The position numbers and the translations under genes are program-made. Positions 28,560-37,238 of a stretch of 47,686 nt of DNA are shown one piece after another. How positions within the stretch are numbered: the first letter of the stretch is position 1; the number at the start of each line of letters is the position of its first letter. Location: UHGV virus genome UHGV-0172104. One strand, given 5' to 3'. The notes under the pieces were generated by a model that was given only the letters and a program-made list of their open reading frames with translations, did no database searches and was not told where the DNA came from. This DNA comes from a virus.

Positions 28560-28835
28560 CTAATTCCCCGTTTCTTCAATTTTAATTTCTGTATATTGAT
28601 ATTTTGATTTTCTTAACATTGCAATTAAATGTAATAATTCTAAAACCTCTTGCGTTGCACAAGGATAATCCTCATTAAAATATTTACACTTATCACAATT
28701 CATAGCACTACATAATACGGCTATTTCATCATTCTGTTCAGCAATTCCAAAATTATGTTTTAAAATTTTTTGCAATGTTTCATATCTATCCTATAGACCT
28801 TCAAATAGATACTGGCTTCTAATTTTCACTTTCAT
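28560..28835 (-). pseudogene. Cys-rich ORF interrupted by an in-frame TAG at 28793-28791
   Basis: AAGGAGG RBS; MKVKIRSQYLFEGL*DRYETLQKILKHNF... continues in frame into the 28560..28775 ORF. Confidence 0.65.
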
Positions 28836-28868
28836 ATCATTATTCCTCCTTTTCAATTTACAAATTAA

Positions 28869-28897
28869 TTATACTATGTACCACATATATAATCGAC
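28869..28897 (-). promoter_or_regulatory. Promoter with operator variant TATGTGGTACATA (28875-28887)
   Basis: TCGATT-17-TATAAT with the palindrome in the spacer. Confidence 0.6.
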
Positions 28898-28913
28898 AAT
28901 TATTTTCATAATT

Positions 28914-29393
28914 TCATTTAATAATGCAATTATCTAAAATATCTTTGATTGATGTTGGCTTATCATCTTCCCACGTGATAAATTTAAACAGTTTATTAAA
29001 TGGTGTTAGTTGTGGTGTACCTTTACCAATCCACAAATTTTTAGTGTTGCTCTTGCAAGGATCAGAATCATAGAGATATAGGCTTCCGCTTTTATCTCTT
29101 GCGATATACATATGTCTTGTTTTATCTGCTAGATATTTAAGAATCTTATATTCAAACTCGCTAATCTCAATATGCTCAATATATTCAGATAATAGCCAAT
29201 TATAACGTCCGTTTTGACAGCCTTTTCCTATATTAAATGCACAATTTTCACATTTTACATTTAAACAACTTCCAAATTCCATATCATGTTTATTAAAAGC
29301 GGTATACCATAATTTATCTGCATCATTTAATGATTTTAGTTCATCTTTATATTTTTCTGCGTTTAACATTTTAAACCCTCCAATAATCGCCAT
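28914..29393 (-). CDS. Paralog-family protein with Cys-rich N-terminus
   Basis: Shared C-terminal domain; probable start MLNAEK. Confidence 0.75.
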   Translation of the reverse strand: MAIIGGFKMLNAEKYKDELKSLNDADKLWYTAFNKHDMEFGSCLNVKCENCAFNIGKGCQNGRYNWLLSEYIEHIEISEFEYKILKYLADKTRHMYIARDKSGSLYLYDSDPCKSNTKNLWIGKGTPQLTPFNKLFKFITWEDDKPTSIKDILDNCIIK

Positions 29394-29422
29394 TTTTCAT
29401 AAGAATAATTAATTTAGTTATC

Positions 29423-29929
29423 TTAATTATCAAATACTTCGCAGTTATTTAGTATTTTTTTGATTGATTTAGGTTGTTCATCTTTCCACTGAACAAATTG
29501 AAATAAATCATCAATTACATTAAAAGTTATATAAGGTTCGCAATTAAACCACATGCCATCTTTTTTTTGAGGAGGATTATTTCCTTTATTAATATACAAA
29601 AATCCTCCAGCACTTCTTGTTAAATACCTAAAATCTTTTTCATAAAATAACTTTAATAATAAATATTCTAATCTAGTTAATTTGATAGGTGGTTCTTTAT
29701 ATTCTTCAAATAGCCATTTAAATGTACTAGATGCGCCAACTAATCTCATTCCACAATATTTATATGCAATTTCCTTAATTGCTCTATTCATTCTATTTCC
29801 ATCACCATCAATAACTTTTTCTTTTAGTAAATTTTGATATTCATCAATAATTTCATTTTTGAATTTTTCTCCATTAGTCATTTTCTTTTTCCTCCTCATT
29901 ATCTGAATGTTCAAATATAATTTTATCAA
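29423..29929 (-). CDS. Paralog-family protein
   Basis: Shared C-terminal domain; probable start MTNGEK. Confidence 0.75.
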   Translation of the reverse strand: MIKLYLNIQIMRRKKKMTNGEKFKNEIIDEYQNLLKEKVIDGDGNRMNRAIKEIAYKYCGMRLVGASSTFKWLFEEYKEPPIKLTRLEYLLLKLFYEKDFRYLTRSAGGFLYINKGNNPPQKKDGMWFNCEPYITFNVIDDLFQFVQWKDEQPKSIKKILNNCEVFDN

Positions 29930-30071
29930 TCACAAAAGTTAGTTTCTTTTCTCCTGTCAGTACATTGCAAATCTTATACATATCACATTCTTTACACTCT
30001 TCTTGAGATTTACAATAATTGAGCAATCCACTAATTGCGACAAATTTAGCCATATCATCTGTTTTAAGCAT
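29874..30071 (-). CDS. Small Cys-rich hypothetical protein
   Basis: ORF overlapping neighbours in the operon. Confidence 0.6.
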   Translation of the reverse strand: MLKTDDMAKFVAISGLLNYCKSQEECKECDMYKICNVLTGEKKLTFVIDKIIFEHSDNEEEKEND

Positions 30072-30546
30072 TTTCAGTTACCTCGCAGTTTTTTAATAAT
30101 TCTTCTATTGAAGTAGGTTCTGCATCTTCCCATCTAATAAATTTAAACAATTCATTGAATAAAGTTAAATCATGTGAATAATTTTGATTTTTAGGGACAT
30201 CACAATCCCAAATATCATGATATTTTTTTGGTTTATACCAAAATGAAAATAAATTGCCTTCTTCATCTCTAGCGATATATCCAAATTCTATGAATTTTAA
30301 AATCTCATATTCAAGTCTATTCAGCATAATAGGTTCTTTATTTTCAGAAGCCAACCATTTTAATCTTAAAACATTACATGTTGATTTATATGCACAATTT
30401 TTCGGATTGAATAAACATTCATCACAATATTTCGCATCACATTTTATGATTTTTCTATTACGTTTATTAAATCCAAAATCACAATTATCAATTTTTAAAA
30501 TATCATCTATGTATCTTTCACAATTGATCATTTTTTTACTCCTCAT
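30064..30546 (-). CDS. Paralog-family protein with Cys-rich N-terminus
   Basis: Shared C-terminal domain. Confidence 0.75.
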   Translation of the reverse strand: MRSKKMINCERYIDDILKIDNCDFGFNKRNRKIIKCDAKYCDECLFNPKNCAYKSTCNVLRLKWLASENKEPIMLNRLEYEILKFIEFGYIARDEEGNLFSFWYKPKKYHDIWDCDVPKNQNYSHDLTLFNELFKFIRWEDAEPTSIEELLKNCEVTENA

Positions 30547-30811
30547 CTAAATAATTGATTGATGAAATATTGTTTGAATTGATTGAAACACGTGATAATA
30601 CTTTTACTTTTGAATTTAATGGAGGTTCATTGCGGAAATTATAATAATATTTTACGTATATAATTTCTTTTGCGATAGTGTTATCAATTTCAATAAAATT
30701 CATATCATCAAAATTTCTTGTCATCAAAATTGTTATTCTCGTGTCATGTAAATGGTATTCATCACCATTTAACATTCTAATAACTATATTTTTCATTTTC
30801 TTTTGCTCCAT
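30536..30811 (-). CDS. Hypothetical protein similar to the N-terminus of 25340-25885
   Basis: 'IRMLNGDEY...INSNNISSI' versus 'IEMVNGDEY...INASNVVTI'. Confidence 0.65.
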   Translation of the reverse strand: MEQKKMKNIVIRMLNGDEYHLHDTRITILMTRNFDDMNFIEIDNTIAKEIIYVKYYYNFRNEPPLNSKVKVLSRVSINSNNISSINYLDEE

Positions 30812-31090
30812 TCTTCTTTATCCTTATTCTTTGCAACTAGCATAAAATAAAATGTTGCAATACTTTCAATGCTTGATTTCTCATTTATACATTCTTTAAA
30901 TAAATCTTCATATTCTTCATATCCTTCTGCAATCATCAAACTCCAATCACTTACAAAAGGCATTGCATCTCCGATTGCTTGTTTTAAAGCCTGTTTATAT
31001 ACTTCTAGATAAAATGCAGAACTACAATCTAATAATCTTTTTTCGTATTTTAATCTTACATTTTCCTTTCTTTCTTTTTCTAGTTTTCTT

Positions 31091-32426
31091 CCCGAATTGC
31101 AAGCAGAAACTGGAAATAAGAAGATAAATTAGATTTTATAGAAAATGGTATTATCAGTTACATTAAGTTTAGCTAGTTCGTTAAGAAATAGTTCTTCAGA
31201 AGAAAGATATCCAAGTATCTTTCTTTTCTTCTGGTTTATTTTATTGTTTATATCAATAGTTGTCTCCTTATCAATTGTATTAATATCAGTTCCTTTCTTA
31301 ATGAAATATCTTATAAGTCCATTGCAGTTCTCATTTGAGGCTCTGTCACATGAATGATAGGGTCTACCGAAATAGACAGTGGTTCTTTTCTCTTTTGATT
31401 TTGGCTTTTGTTCTATATCCTTCCATCTAGAGAACTCACTTCCATTATCAAAGGTGATTGATTTAAAGATATCCTTAAAGCTATCACCATAGAACTTATG
31501 AAGCTTGTTTATCTGCATATAGACCTGCTTTGAAGATTTGGCAGAGATAGGAATCATATAATAGAAGCGTGTCTTTCTTTCAATGAGAGTAAGATATGCA
31601 CCATTCTGTCCATCTCTAGGTCCAGTAACTAGATCGCCTTCCCAGTGTCCGAATTCTTCTCTGTCCTTGATATATTCAGGTCTTTCGGTAATGGAAGTGC
31701 CTTTCTGTCTTTTTGGAATGTATGACTTCCAGTTTTTCTTTGTCTTTCTTCTGACCATGCGTGGAAGATCAATAGGCTTGATGGATGTTTTTCCCTGATG
31801 TACATAGTTGTAAAAAGTTTTAGTAGACACAGTCACCATATTCTTTATAATATCTGGCTGATGAAGCTTTAAATAGTTTATGGTCTCATCAATAGAGGAT
31901 AATCTATTTGATTTTACTTCCTGTTCGACAAGAGAGATGAACTCTTTTGATTTTTCAAATTTAGAGTTATTTGGAATCTTATGATTCTTGGATCTCTTTT
32001 CAAATGCAGCCATGGCAGAAAGTTCATAATGAACCTTGAGATTGTAATCTCTAACAGAGATAGTGGCATCCTTGATGATAGAATATATATTAGAGACAGT
32101 AGTACCTACAGTAGAAGCTAACTCTTTAATGAATTGAGTCTTACCAATGTTACGCTTACCAGGATGGGAAGCATTGAACTGAATCAAAGAATTGATGATG
32201 AATTCATAATGAGAAAAATTAAGGTGTTTATTTTTTGCTTTTTGTGATATATTAATGCTGTTCATAGAAATCTCCTTATAAAGTGTGGTAACTATATAAT
32301 ACGATTTCTATGGACTTTTTTTATAAAAAAATTGAGAATAAGGGGCCTGCGGCCGCGCGAATTGGGATAAAGGGGCATGCCCCTTTATCCCAATTCCTTA
32401 ATTCCAGTTTCATTTTACAATTGAGG
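31091..32426 (-). mobile_element. IS30-family insertion sequence
   Basis: Imperfect 25-bp IRs (CCCGAATTGCAAGCAGAAACTGGAA / CCTCAATTGTAAAATGAAACTGGAA); 13-bp flanking direct repeat TTCTAGTTTTCTT. Confidence 0.9.
31129..32265 (-). CDS. IS30-family DDE transposase
   Basis: 'GHWEGD', 'TFDNGSEF', 'NENCNGLIR' motifs. Confidence 0.95.
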   Translation of the reverse strand: MNSINISQKAKNKHLNFSHYEFIINSLIQFNASHPGKRNIGKTQFIKELASTVGTTVSNIYSIIKDATISVRDYNLKVHYELSAMAAFEKRSKNHKIPNNSKFEKSKEFISLVEQEVKSNRLSSIDETINYLKLHQPDIIKNMVTVSTKTFYNYVHQGKTSIKPIDLPRMVRRKTKKNWKSYIPKRQKGTSITERPEYIKDREEFGHWEGDLVTGPRDGQNGAYLTLIERKTRFYYMIPISAKSSKQVYMQINKLHKFYGDSFKDIFKSITFDNGSEFSRWKDIEQKPKSKEKRTTVYFGRPYHSCDRASNENCNGLIRYFIKKGTDINTIDKETTIDINNKINQKKRKILGYLSSEELFLNELAKLNVTDNTIFYKI

Positions 32427-32524
32427 TTCTAGTTTTCTTTCTAGTTTATCAACATATTCTCTTGAATATGTTACCTCTTTCAATTCTTTTGTATCAGACA
32501 TATCTTTAACTCCCTTCTTACTCA

Positions 32525-33406
32525 TTATTTATCTTTTTTTAATCTGTAATTTAATCTTCTATACTCTTGATATACTTCTTTCCAAATTGCTTCTGCCTTC
32601 TTTTTCTCAAGTGGTAAGGTATCTTCTAAAGTATCTAATGTATCTTGCAATTTAATATTAAACGGACACCCTAAACATCCTGTTCTTTTAAAGTTATAAG
32701 GCTCATCATATAATTCGCATAATTCAATTTGATATTCTTTTATAAACCATTCAAGCCATTCACTAGTGACAGGATTCAATGGTTTAAATTTCTTTAGTTT
32801 GCTATTCTTATCAATAACTAAGCAACCTTTATGAGATGCTCTTAATCCACCTTCGGAAATCCTCTCACCTGTCATTTTATACGGCTTGTTATTTTCTTCT
32901 TGCCATTTTGTAAATGGTTCTTTTTTTAATTTAGTGCAACACTTATCACTTATTTTAAGTGCTGTTCCTTCTTCAAATTGATATTTTAATATTTTAGGAC
33001 ACCCAAAACGCTTGCGATTTTCTGGAGGGTCATAATATCTAAGAGTTGTTTTGCTATGTCCATTTTGCTGAAACAAATGAACCAATTGACTATGTTCCTT
33101 AGATTTAAAAGGATAACCATATTTTCTAAATATCATGCTTAAATGCATTGATGGTTTAATCTCAATAAATCGTTTATCCTTTTTCATCTTCTCATGTACA
33201 AAATCAACAATTGCTTTGTATTCAATACCTGTATTTATGAATACCCTTGGAATATCATTATTAGGTATTGCAATATCAATCAACTTTGATAATACAGTGG
33301 AATCTTTTCCTCCACTAAAACTAATCACGAAGTTATCTTCTCCGTATTTCTTTATTACTTTCTGAACAGAATCAATTCTGTCCATTAATAAAAATTCATT
33401 GTCCAA
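32525..33406 (-). CDS. PAPS-reductase-family (PP-loop) protein
   Basis: 'SFSGGKDS', 'CCTKLKKEP', 'RTGCLGCP'; TTG start. Confidence 0.88.
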   Translation of the reverse strand: MDNEFLLMDRIDSVQKVIKKYGEDNFVISFSGGKDSTVLSKLIDIAIPNNDIPRVFINTGIEYKAIVDFVHEKMKKDKRFIEIKPSMHLSMIFRKYGYPFKSKEHSQLVHLFQQNGHSKTTLRYYDPPENRKRFGCPKILKYQFEEGTALKISDKCCTKLKKEPFTKWQEENNKPYKMTGERISEGGLRASHKGCLVIDKNSKLKKFKPLNPVTSEWLEWFIKEYQIELCELYDEPYNFKRTGCLGCPFNIKLQDTLDTLEDTLPLEKKKAEAIWKEVYQEYRRLNYRLKKDK

Positions 33407-33536
33407 TTAATCAACCAATAATCTATTCTTAGATATTGGTTAATATATTAATTTGCTCTTATTCAGCCACGATAAATAGATTTTATGAAACTATATCACT
33501 ATTCATTTAGTTTCAACCTAGTTTCACTAGGATAGA

Positions 33537-33725
33537 TTAATTTTCCTTTCTAAGCCATTCTTTTATTGACTTGCTATTTTTAAATTTACAATTTTTACAT
33601 TCATTAGGTTCATTATTAATGATGCCATGACAGCAGTATTTTTCATAAACTTCTTGATACAAATAGTCACAATTATGACCAAAAGCATTCAGAAGTTTAT
33701 TTAATCTATTTTCATCAACTTCCAC
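33537..33725 (-). CDS. Small Cys-rich hypothetical protein
   Basis: ORF with GGAG RBS. Confidence 0.6.
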   Translation of the reverse strand: MEVDENRLNKLLNAFGHNCDYLYQEVYEKYCCHGIINNEPNECKNCKFKNSKSIKEWLRKEN

Positions 33726-33740
33726 TTTTACTAATCTCCT

Positions 33741-33983
33741 TTAACCTTTTACACCTTGATAAAATACATAATGAAATTCATGAAAATGTTTTCTAATTAC
33801 ATTATTTAATTTTTTCCAACAATCTTCACATAATTCTATATCTCCATTCATTAATTCATGTGGTCTTCCGTATTCATCATAATACCTCATAGGAATAACA
33901 CATTCGCATAAATCTTCCTTAGACTTCACTTCTTTCTTACAACAGTCACAACTATAAATAGTTTTATGAATTTCCGTTTTCAT
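33741..33983 (-). CDS. Zinc-finger-like hypothetical protein
   Basis: CDCC and CEDC motifs. Confidence 0.7.
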   Translation of the reverse strand: MKTEIHKTIYSCDCCKKEVKSKEDLCECVIPMRYYDEYGRPHELMNGDIELCEDCWKKLNNVIRKHFHEFHYVFYQGVKG

Positions 33984-34153
33984 TATTCATCATCTCCTAT
34001 ATATCCAACTTTTATAATATCCTTTTCTTTTCTTGCTCTTCTGCGTATATTGTTGATTGTTGTATGCAACATGCTTGATAATTCTCTAGCCGTTCCAACG
34101 GCTATTAATTCATCACCTTCATAATACACATATAATGCTTTGTGTTGAATCAT
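33983..34153 (-). CDS. 56-aa putative HTH protein
   Basis: MIQHKALYVYYEGDELIAVGTARELSSMLH...; resembles 43472-43684. Confidence 0.55.
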   Translation of the reverse strand: MIQHKALYVYYEGDELIAVGTARELSSMLHTTINNIRRRARKEKDIIKVGYIGDDE

Positions 34154-34158
34154 TGTTA

Positions 34159-34581
34159 TTACTCCATATCATATCCGTTATATCCATATGGTATTTTTAG
34201 ATTTTCATTTCTGATATATCTTTTTAATATTGCATCTTTTAACCTCATTAATGAGTAGTGCAAATTCGATTCAAAATAATCGTCAGTTTCGCACGCTTGA
34301 TATTCATAACACTGTATACAGCCATATAGCATTCCTGCATCAATATCTAAATCTTTATAAATGAACTCGGGTGTTACTAGTTCATTTTCACTATATCTTT
34401 GATTTACTGATTTATAATTTTGATCTAACAATGATTGTCCAATTCCTTTTCTTAATTCATTTATATCAATAATAATTTGAATTGGTTTTTCATAATTTTC
34501 TGCTTTGTAATCTACTCCATAGATTTCAAAAGCCTTTACTAATACGCTAATTGTTTCATGACTTACAACATATGCACTCAT
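34159..34581 (-). CDS. Acidic hypothetical protein, second gene of an operator-controlled cassette
   Basis: 140 aa, AGGAGG RBS. Confidence 0.8.
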   Translation of the reverse strand: MSAYVVSHETISVLVKAFEIYGVDYKAENYEKPIQIIIDINELRKGIGQSLLDQNYKSVNQRYSENELVTPEFIYKDLDIDAGMLYGCIQCYEYQACETDDYFESNLHYSLMRLKDAILKRYIRNENLKIPYGYNGYDME

Positions 34582-34623
34582 TTTATTTCCTCCTAATTTA
34601 TATATGAAGCATAAGCATTATGC

Positions 34624-34852
34624 CTATGCTTCAATTTTTTCAACTTGTGATAAATCAAATAATGATGCAGTAACCATAACGAAGTTACTTACTTTTTTAT
34701 TTTCTTTATCTTCACTTTCTTCATCTATATTTCCATTCTTGATATGTTTTATATGGTAGTTCTCCATACTGTCCAATTATTTTTCCGCATTCTTCTTCTG
34801 TTAAGAATCCTCTTTCAACTACTTCTTTTTCAACGATTTCTAAATTTGTCAT
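34624..34852 (-). pseudogene. ArdC-N-like ssDNA-binding/antirestriction protein remnant with frameshift
   Basis: Frame 0 ends KTYQEWKYR*; the +1 frame reads ...FVMVTASLFDLSQVEKIEA*. Confidence 0.5.
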
Positions 34853-34882
34853 ATTCTTTTACCTCTCTCTTTCTATATACCT

Positions 34883-34911
34883 ATTATAACATATGTGATA
34901 CATATATACAA
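34883..34911 (-). promoter_or_regulatory. Promoter TTGTAT-17-TATAAT with operator ATATGTATCACATAT (34891-34905)
   Basis: Read directly. Confidence 0.7.
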
Positions 34912-34937
34912 GCGAAAGTTTTAATTTTTTCCTTTTT

Positions 34938-35165
34938 TTATTTAATACCCTTTTTTTGTGCTTCAATAACATCTACTAGCATATTTCTAAAATCTGAAAG
35001 AATATCGTTGTATTCCTTCAAATTTTCAGCACGTTCTAAGTTTCTTTTATATGCTTGTACTGTCTCCAATACAAGAATTTTTCTTACTTCAACATCATAT
35101 AAAATATTTACATCATCCATAATATGAATCATATCCATATAAATTCTATCATTAATAATTTTCAT
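34938..35165 (-). CDS. Hypothetical protein
   Basis: 75 aa ORF with GAGGGG RBS. Confidence 0.6.
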   Translation of the reverse strand: MKIINDRIYMDMIHIMDDVNILYDVEVRKILVLETVQAYKRNLERAENLKEYNDILSDFRNMLVDVIEAQKKGIK

Positions 35166-35258
35166 CTTTTTACCCCTCTAAAATTTTACCAATACCAATT
35201 TCATAGCCTTTTTTAGTAATCATTTCATAACTATATCCGAATCTAATTTTTAATCTTC

Positions 35259-35540
35259 TCAAGTGCCATAAGTCACCAAACCAACCACTGCCACAACCCT
35301 TCTTTTTTGAGATGTAATATAGTTGTTTGTTTGTTTCATGAAATGAGAAATTACATAATCGTTAGCCCAATCCATTAAAGCATAATAATATTTTTTATTT
35401 AATTCTTTATATGCTTCTGTTTCATTTTTACCATTTAAATACATTTTCTGCAATTCAATTCTTAATTCACAAGCATTTGTTAACTTACTGTCAATTCTTT
35501 TTAAACCATTTTCATGTAATTCTTTTTCAAATTTGTTCAT
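35259..35540 (-). CDS. Hypothetical cassette protein
   Basis: 93 aa ORF with operator-bearing promoter. Confidence 0.65.
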   Translation of the reverse strand: MNKFEKELHENGLKRIDSKLTNACELRIELQKMYLNGKNETEAYKELNKKYYYALMDWANDYVISHFMKQTNNYITSQKRRVVAVVGLVTYGT

Positions 35541-35569
35541 ATTCTTTTACCTCTTTTCTTTACATACTC

Positions 35570-35598
35570 ATTATGCTCTGTATCACATATATAGTCAA
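35570..35598 (-). promoter_or_regulatory. Promoter TTGACT-17-CATAAT with operator ATGTGATACA (35579-35588)
   Basis: Leader AGAGGTAAAAGAATATG is shared with the 34852 cassette. Confidence 0.65.
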
Positions 35599-35621
35599 CA
35601 ATTATTTCAACTTTTTTCCAT

Positions 35622-35650
35622 AAAAAAAGATACTCTTTTGAGTATCTTTT
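35622..35650 (-). terminator. Terminator of the que/folE operon
   Basis: AAAAGATACTC-AAAA-GAGTATCTTTTTTT. Confidence 0.75.
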
Positions 35651-36224
35651 ATTTTGAAAGTAAATTATAAAGTTCATTTCTTAATTCAGCGTTTTCTTTA
35701 AATCTTCCACGCAATGTCGCTGTTCTTGTTTTGGTGTTAGGTTTTTTAATACCTCTTGCAGTCATACAAGAATGTTCTCCATTGATTACAACTGCAATAT
35801 CATCAGTTCCTAATATCATTTCTAAAATATCTGCAATGTCTGTTCCAATTCTTTCTTGTAACTGTAATCTTTTACAAACCATGTCTGAAATTCTCGCAAA
35901 CTTTGAAAGTCCTAATACATATCCATTCGGAATATATGCAATGTTTATACTCATGTTATACATTAATGCGATATGATGCTCGCAGTAACTAAAGCATGGG
36001 ATATCTTTTACTAAAACTAAATCATTTCCTTCTTGCTTGAATTTTTTATCAAACATTTTAGCAATTTCTTCATTTGAATATTGAATGCCTTCAAACACTT
36101 CCTCATACATTTTGGCAACTCTTTTTGGTGTCTCAATTAATCCTTCACGATCGGGATTTTCTCCAATTGCAATAAGAATTTCTCTAACTGCATTTTCAAT
36201 CTTTTTCTTATCCATATTAAACAC
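35649..36224 (-). CDS. folE: GTP cyclohydrolase I
   Basis: '[12 protein letters not shown]', 'CEHH', 'GLSK', 'LQER', 'HSCM..RG'. Confidence 0.96.
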   Translation of the reverse strand: MFNMDKKKIENAVREILIAIGENPDREGLIETPKRVAKMYEEVFEGIQYSNEEIAKMFDKKFKQEGNDLVLVKDIPCFSYCEHHIALMYNMSINIAYIPNGYVLGLSKFARISDMVCKRLQLQERIGTDIADILEMILGTDDIAVVINGEHSCMTARGIKKPNTKTRTATLRGRFKENAELRNELYNLLSK

Positions 36225-36873
36225 CTCTTTCGTTCGGATTCCATATGATTTTATGCAACTGAACTTGTACCCTCATTTTTGACGTATCAATTCCTTGTGT
36301 ATGCATTATTTTCATAAAATCAACTATTTCAAAAAGTTCTATCTCACCAAAAACAGGACTTAAATAAATATATGATTTGATGCTATATTTTTCAATCACC
36401 TGTTTAATTCTATCAAAATCATCTTTTCCAATAACTAATTTTAACACATCATTTTTTCTTAATTTTTCTAAGTTGTTTAAATTCATATTTTTTTCAACAC
36501 CACTAGAAGGAAGTTTGTAGTCCATTGTAATTAGAATGTTTTTATTTGAAATATACTTATCAATAGGTACACTTCCATTTGTTTCAATATTTACATAAAA
36601 CCCATTTTCACATAATTTAGAAATTAAATCATCAACATCTTTATGAATAAGTGGTTCTCCTCCTGTCAATGTGATGTTTCTATAATCATATTTTTTTGCC
36701 CTTTTAACAATTTCATCAACAGACATTTCTGTTCCATTAGAATTTTTTAATGCATAACATGTATCGCAGTATGAGCATCTTAAATTACAACCTGCTAATC
36801 TGATAAAAGTTGTTAATTCTCCTGTTCTTAAGCCTTCTCCGTCAATGCTTTTAAAAATTTCATTAACTTTCAT
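36217..36873 (-). CDS. queE: 7-carboxy-7-deazaguanine synthase (radical SAM)
   Basis: '[10 protein letters not shown]', CNLRCSYC, 'TGGEP', 'IETNG', 'QLHK'. Confidence 0.95.
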   Translation of the reverse strand: MKVNEIFKSIDGEGLRTGELTTFIRLAGCNLRCSYCDTCYALKNSNGTEMSVDEIVKRAKKYDYRNITLTGGEPLIHKDVDDLISKLCENGFYVNIETNGSVPIDKYISNKNILITMDYKLPSSGVEKNMNLNNLEKLRKNDVLKLVIGKDDFDRIKQVIEKYSIKSYIYLSPVFGEIELFEIVDFMKIMHTQGIDTSKMRVQVQLHKIIWNPNERGV

Positions 36874-36874
36874 T

Positions 36875-37210
36875 TTATTCTACCTCATAAGTTGCAATAT
36901 TATTTTCGCTTTCTTGCACATCAACTTTATAGCATTTTTCTCCTAATGTATCCGCAATCCACTTTGCAATATTTTCTGCTGTTGTGTTGAATGAAAGAAC
37001 CTCATTTAAATTCTTGTGGTCTAATTTATCTTTGATTTCTTTTTTGATATGAGTAAAGTCCATTACCATTCCATCTTTATTTAATTCTTCGCTTCTCATG
37101 TAAATATCAATTATCCAATTATGTCCATGTAGATTTTCACATTTACTTTCATAACTTAAGTTAAGTTTATGACTAGCACTTACTTCAATTCTTTTTTTAA
37201 CATAATACAT
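36875..37210 (-). CDS. queD: 6-carboxytetrahydropterin synthase
   Basis: 'ASH', 'C...HGHNW', 'LDH', 'TAEN', 'ESE'. Confidence 0.95.
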   Translation of the reverse strand: MYYVKKRIEVSASHKLNLSYESKCENLHGHNWIIDIYMRSEELNKDGMVMDFTHIKKEIKDKLDHKNLNEVLSFNTTAENIAKWIADTLGEKCYKVDVQESENNIATYEVE

Positions 37211-37238
37211 ATTTTTCTCCTTTGTCTTCTAAATACTT

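Larger units (their letters stand above)
30793..32501 (-). pseudogene. Phage gene interrupted by IS30
   Basis: Removing the IS and one copy of the 13-bp repeat restores MSDTKELKEVTYSREYVDKLERKLEKERKENVRLK...EEWSKRK. Confidence 0.8.

Noticed and set aside
32525..33406. Phosphorothioate (Dnd/Ssp) system
   Set aside because: Only the PP-loop gene is present; no DndD/E, SspB/C or cysteine desulfurase is recognisable.
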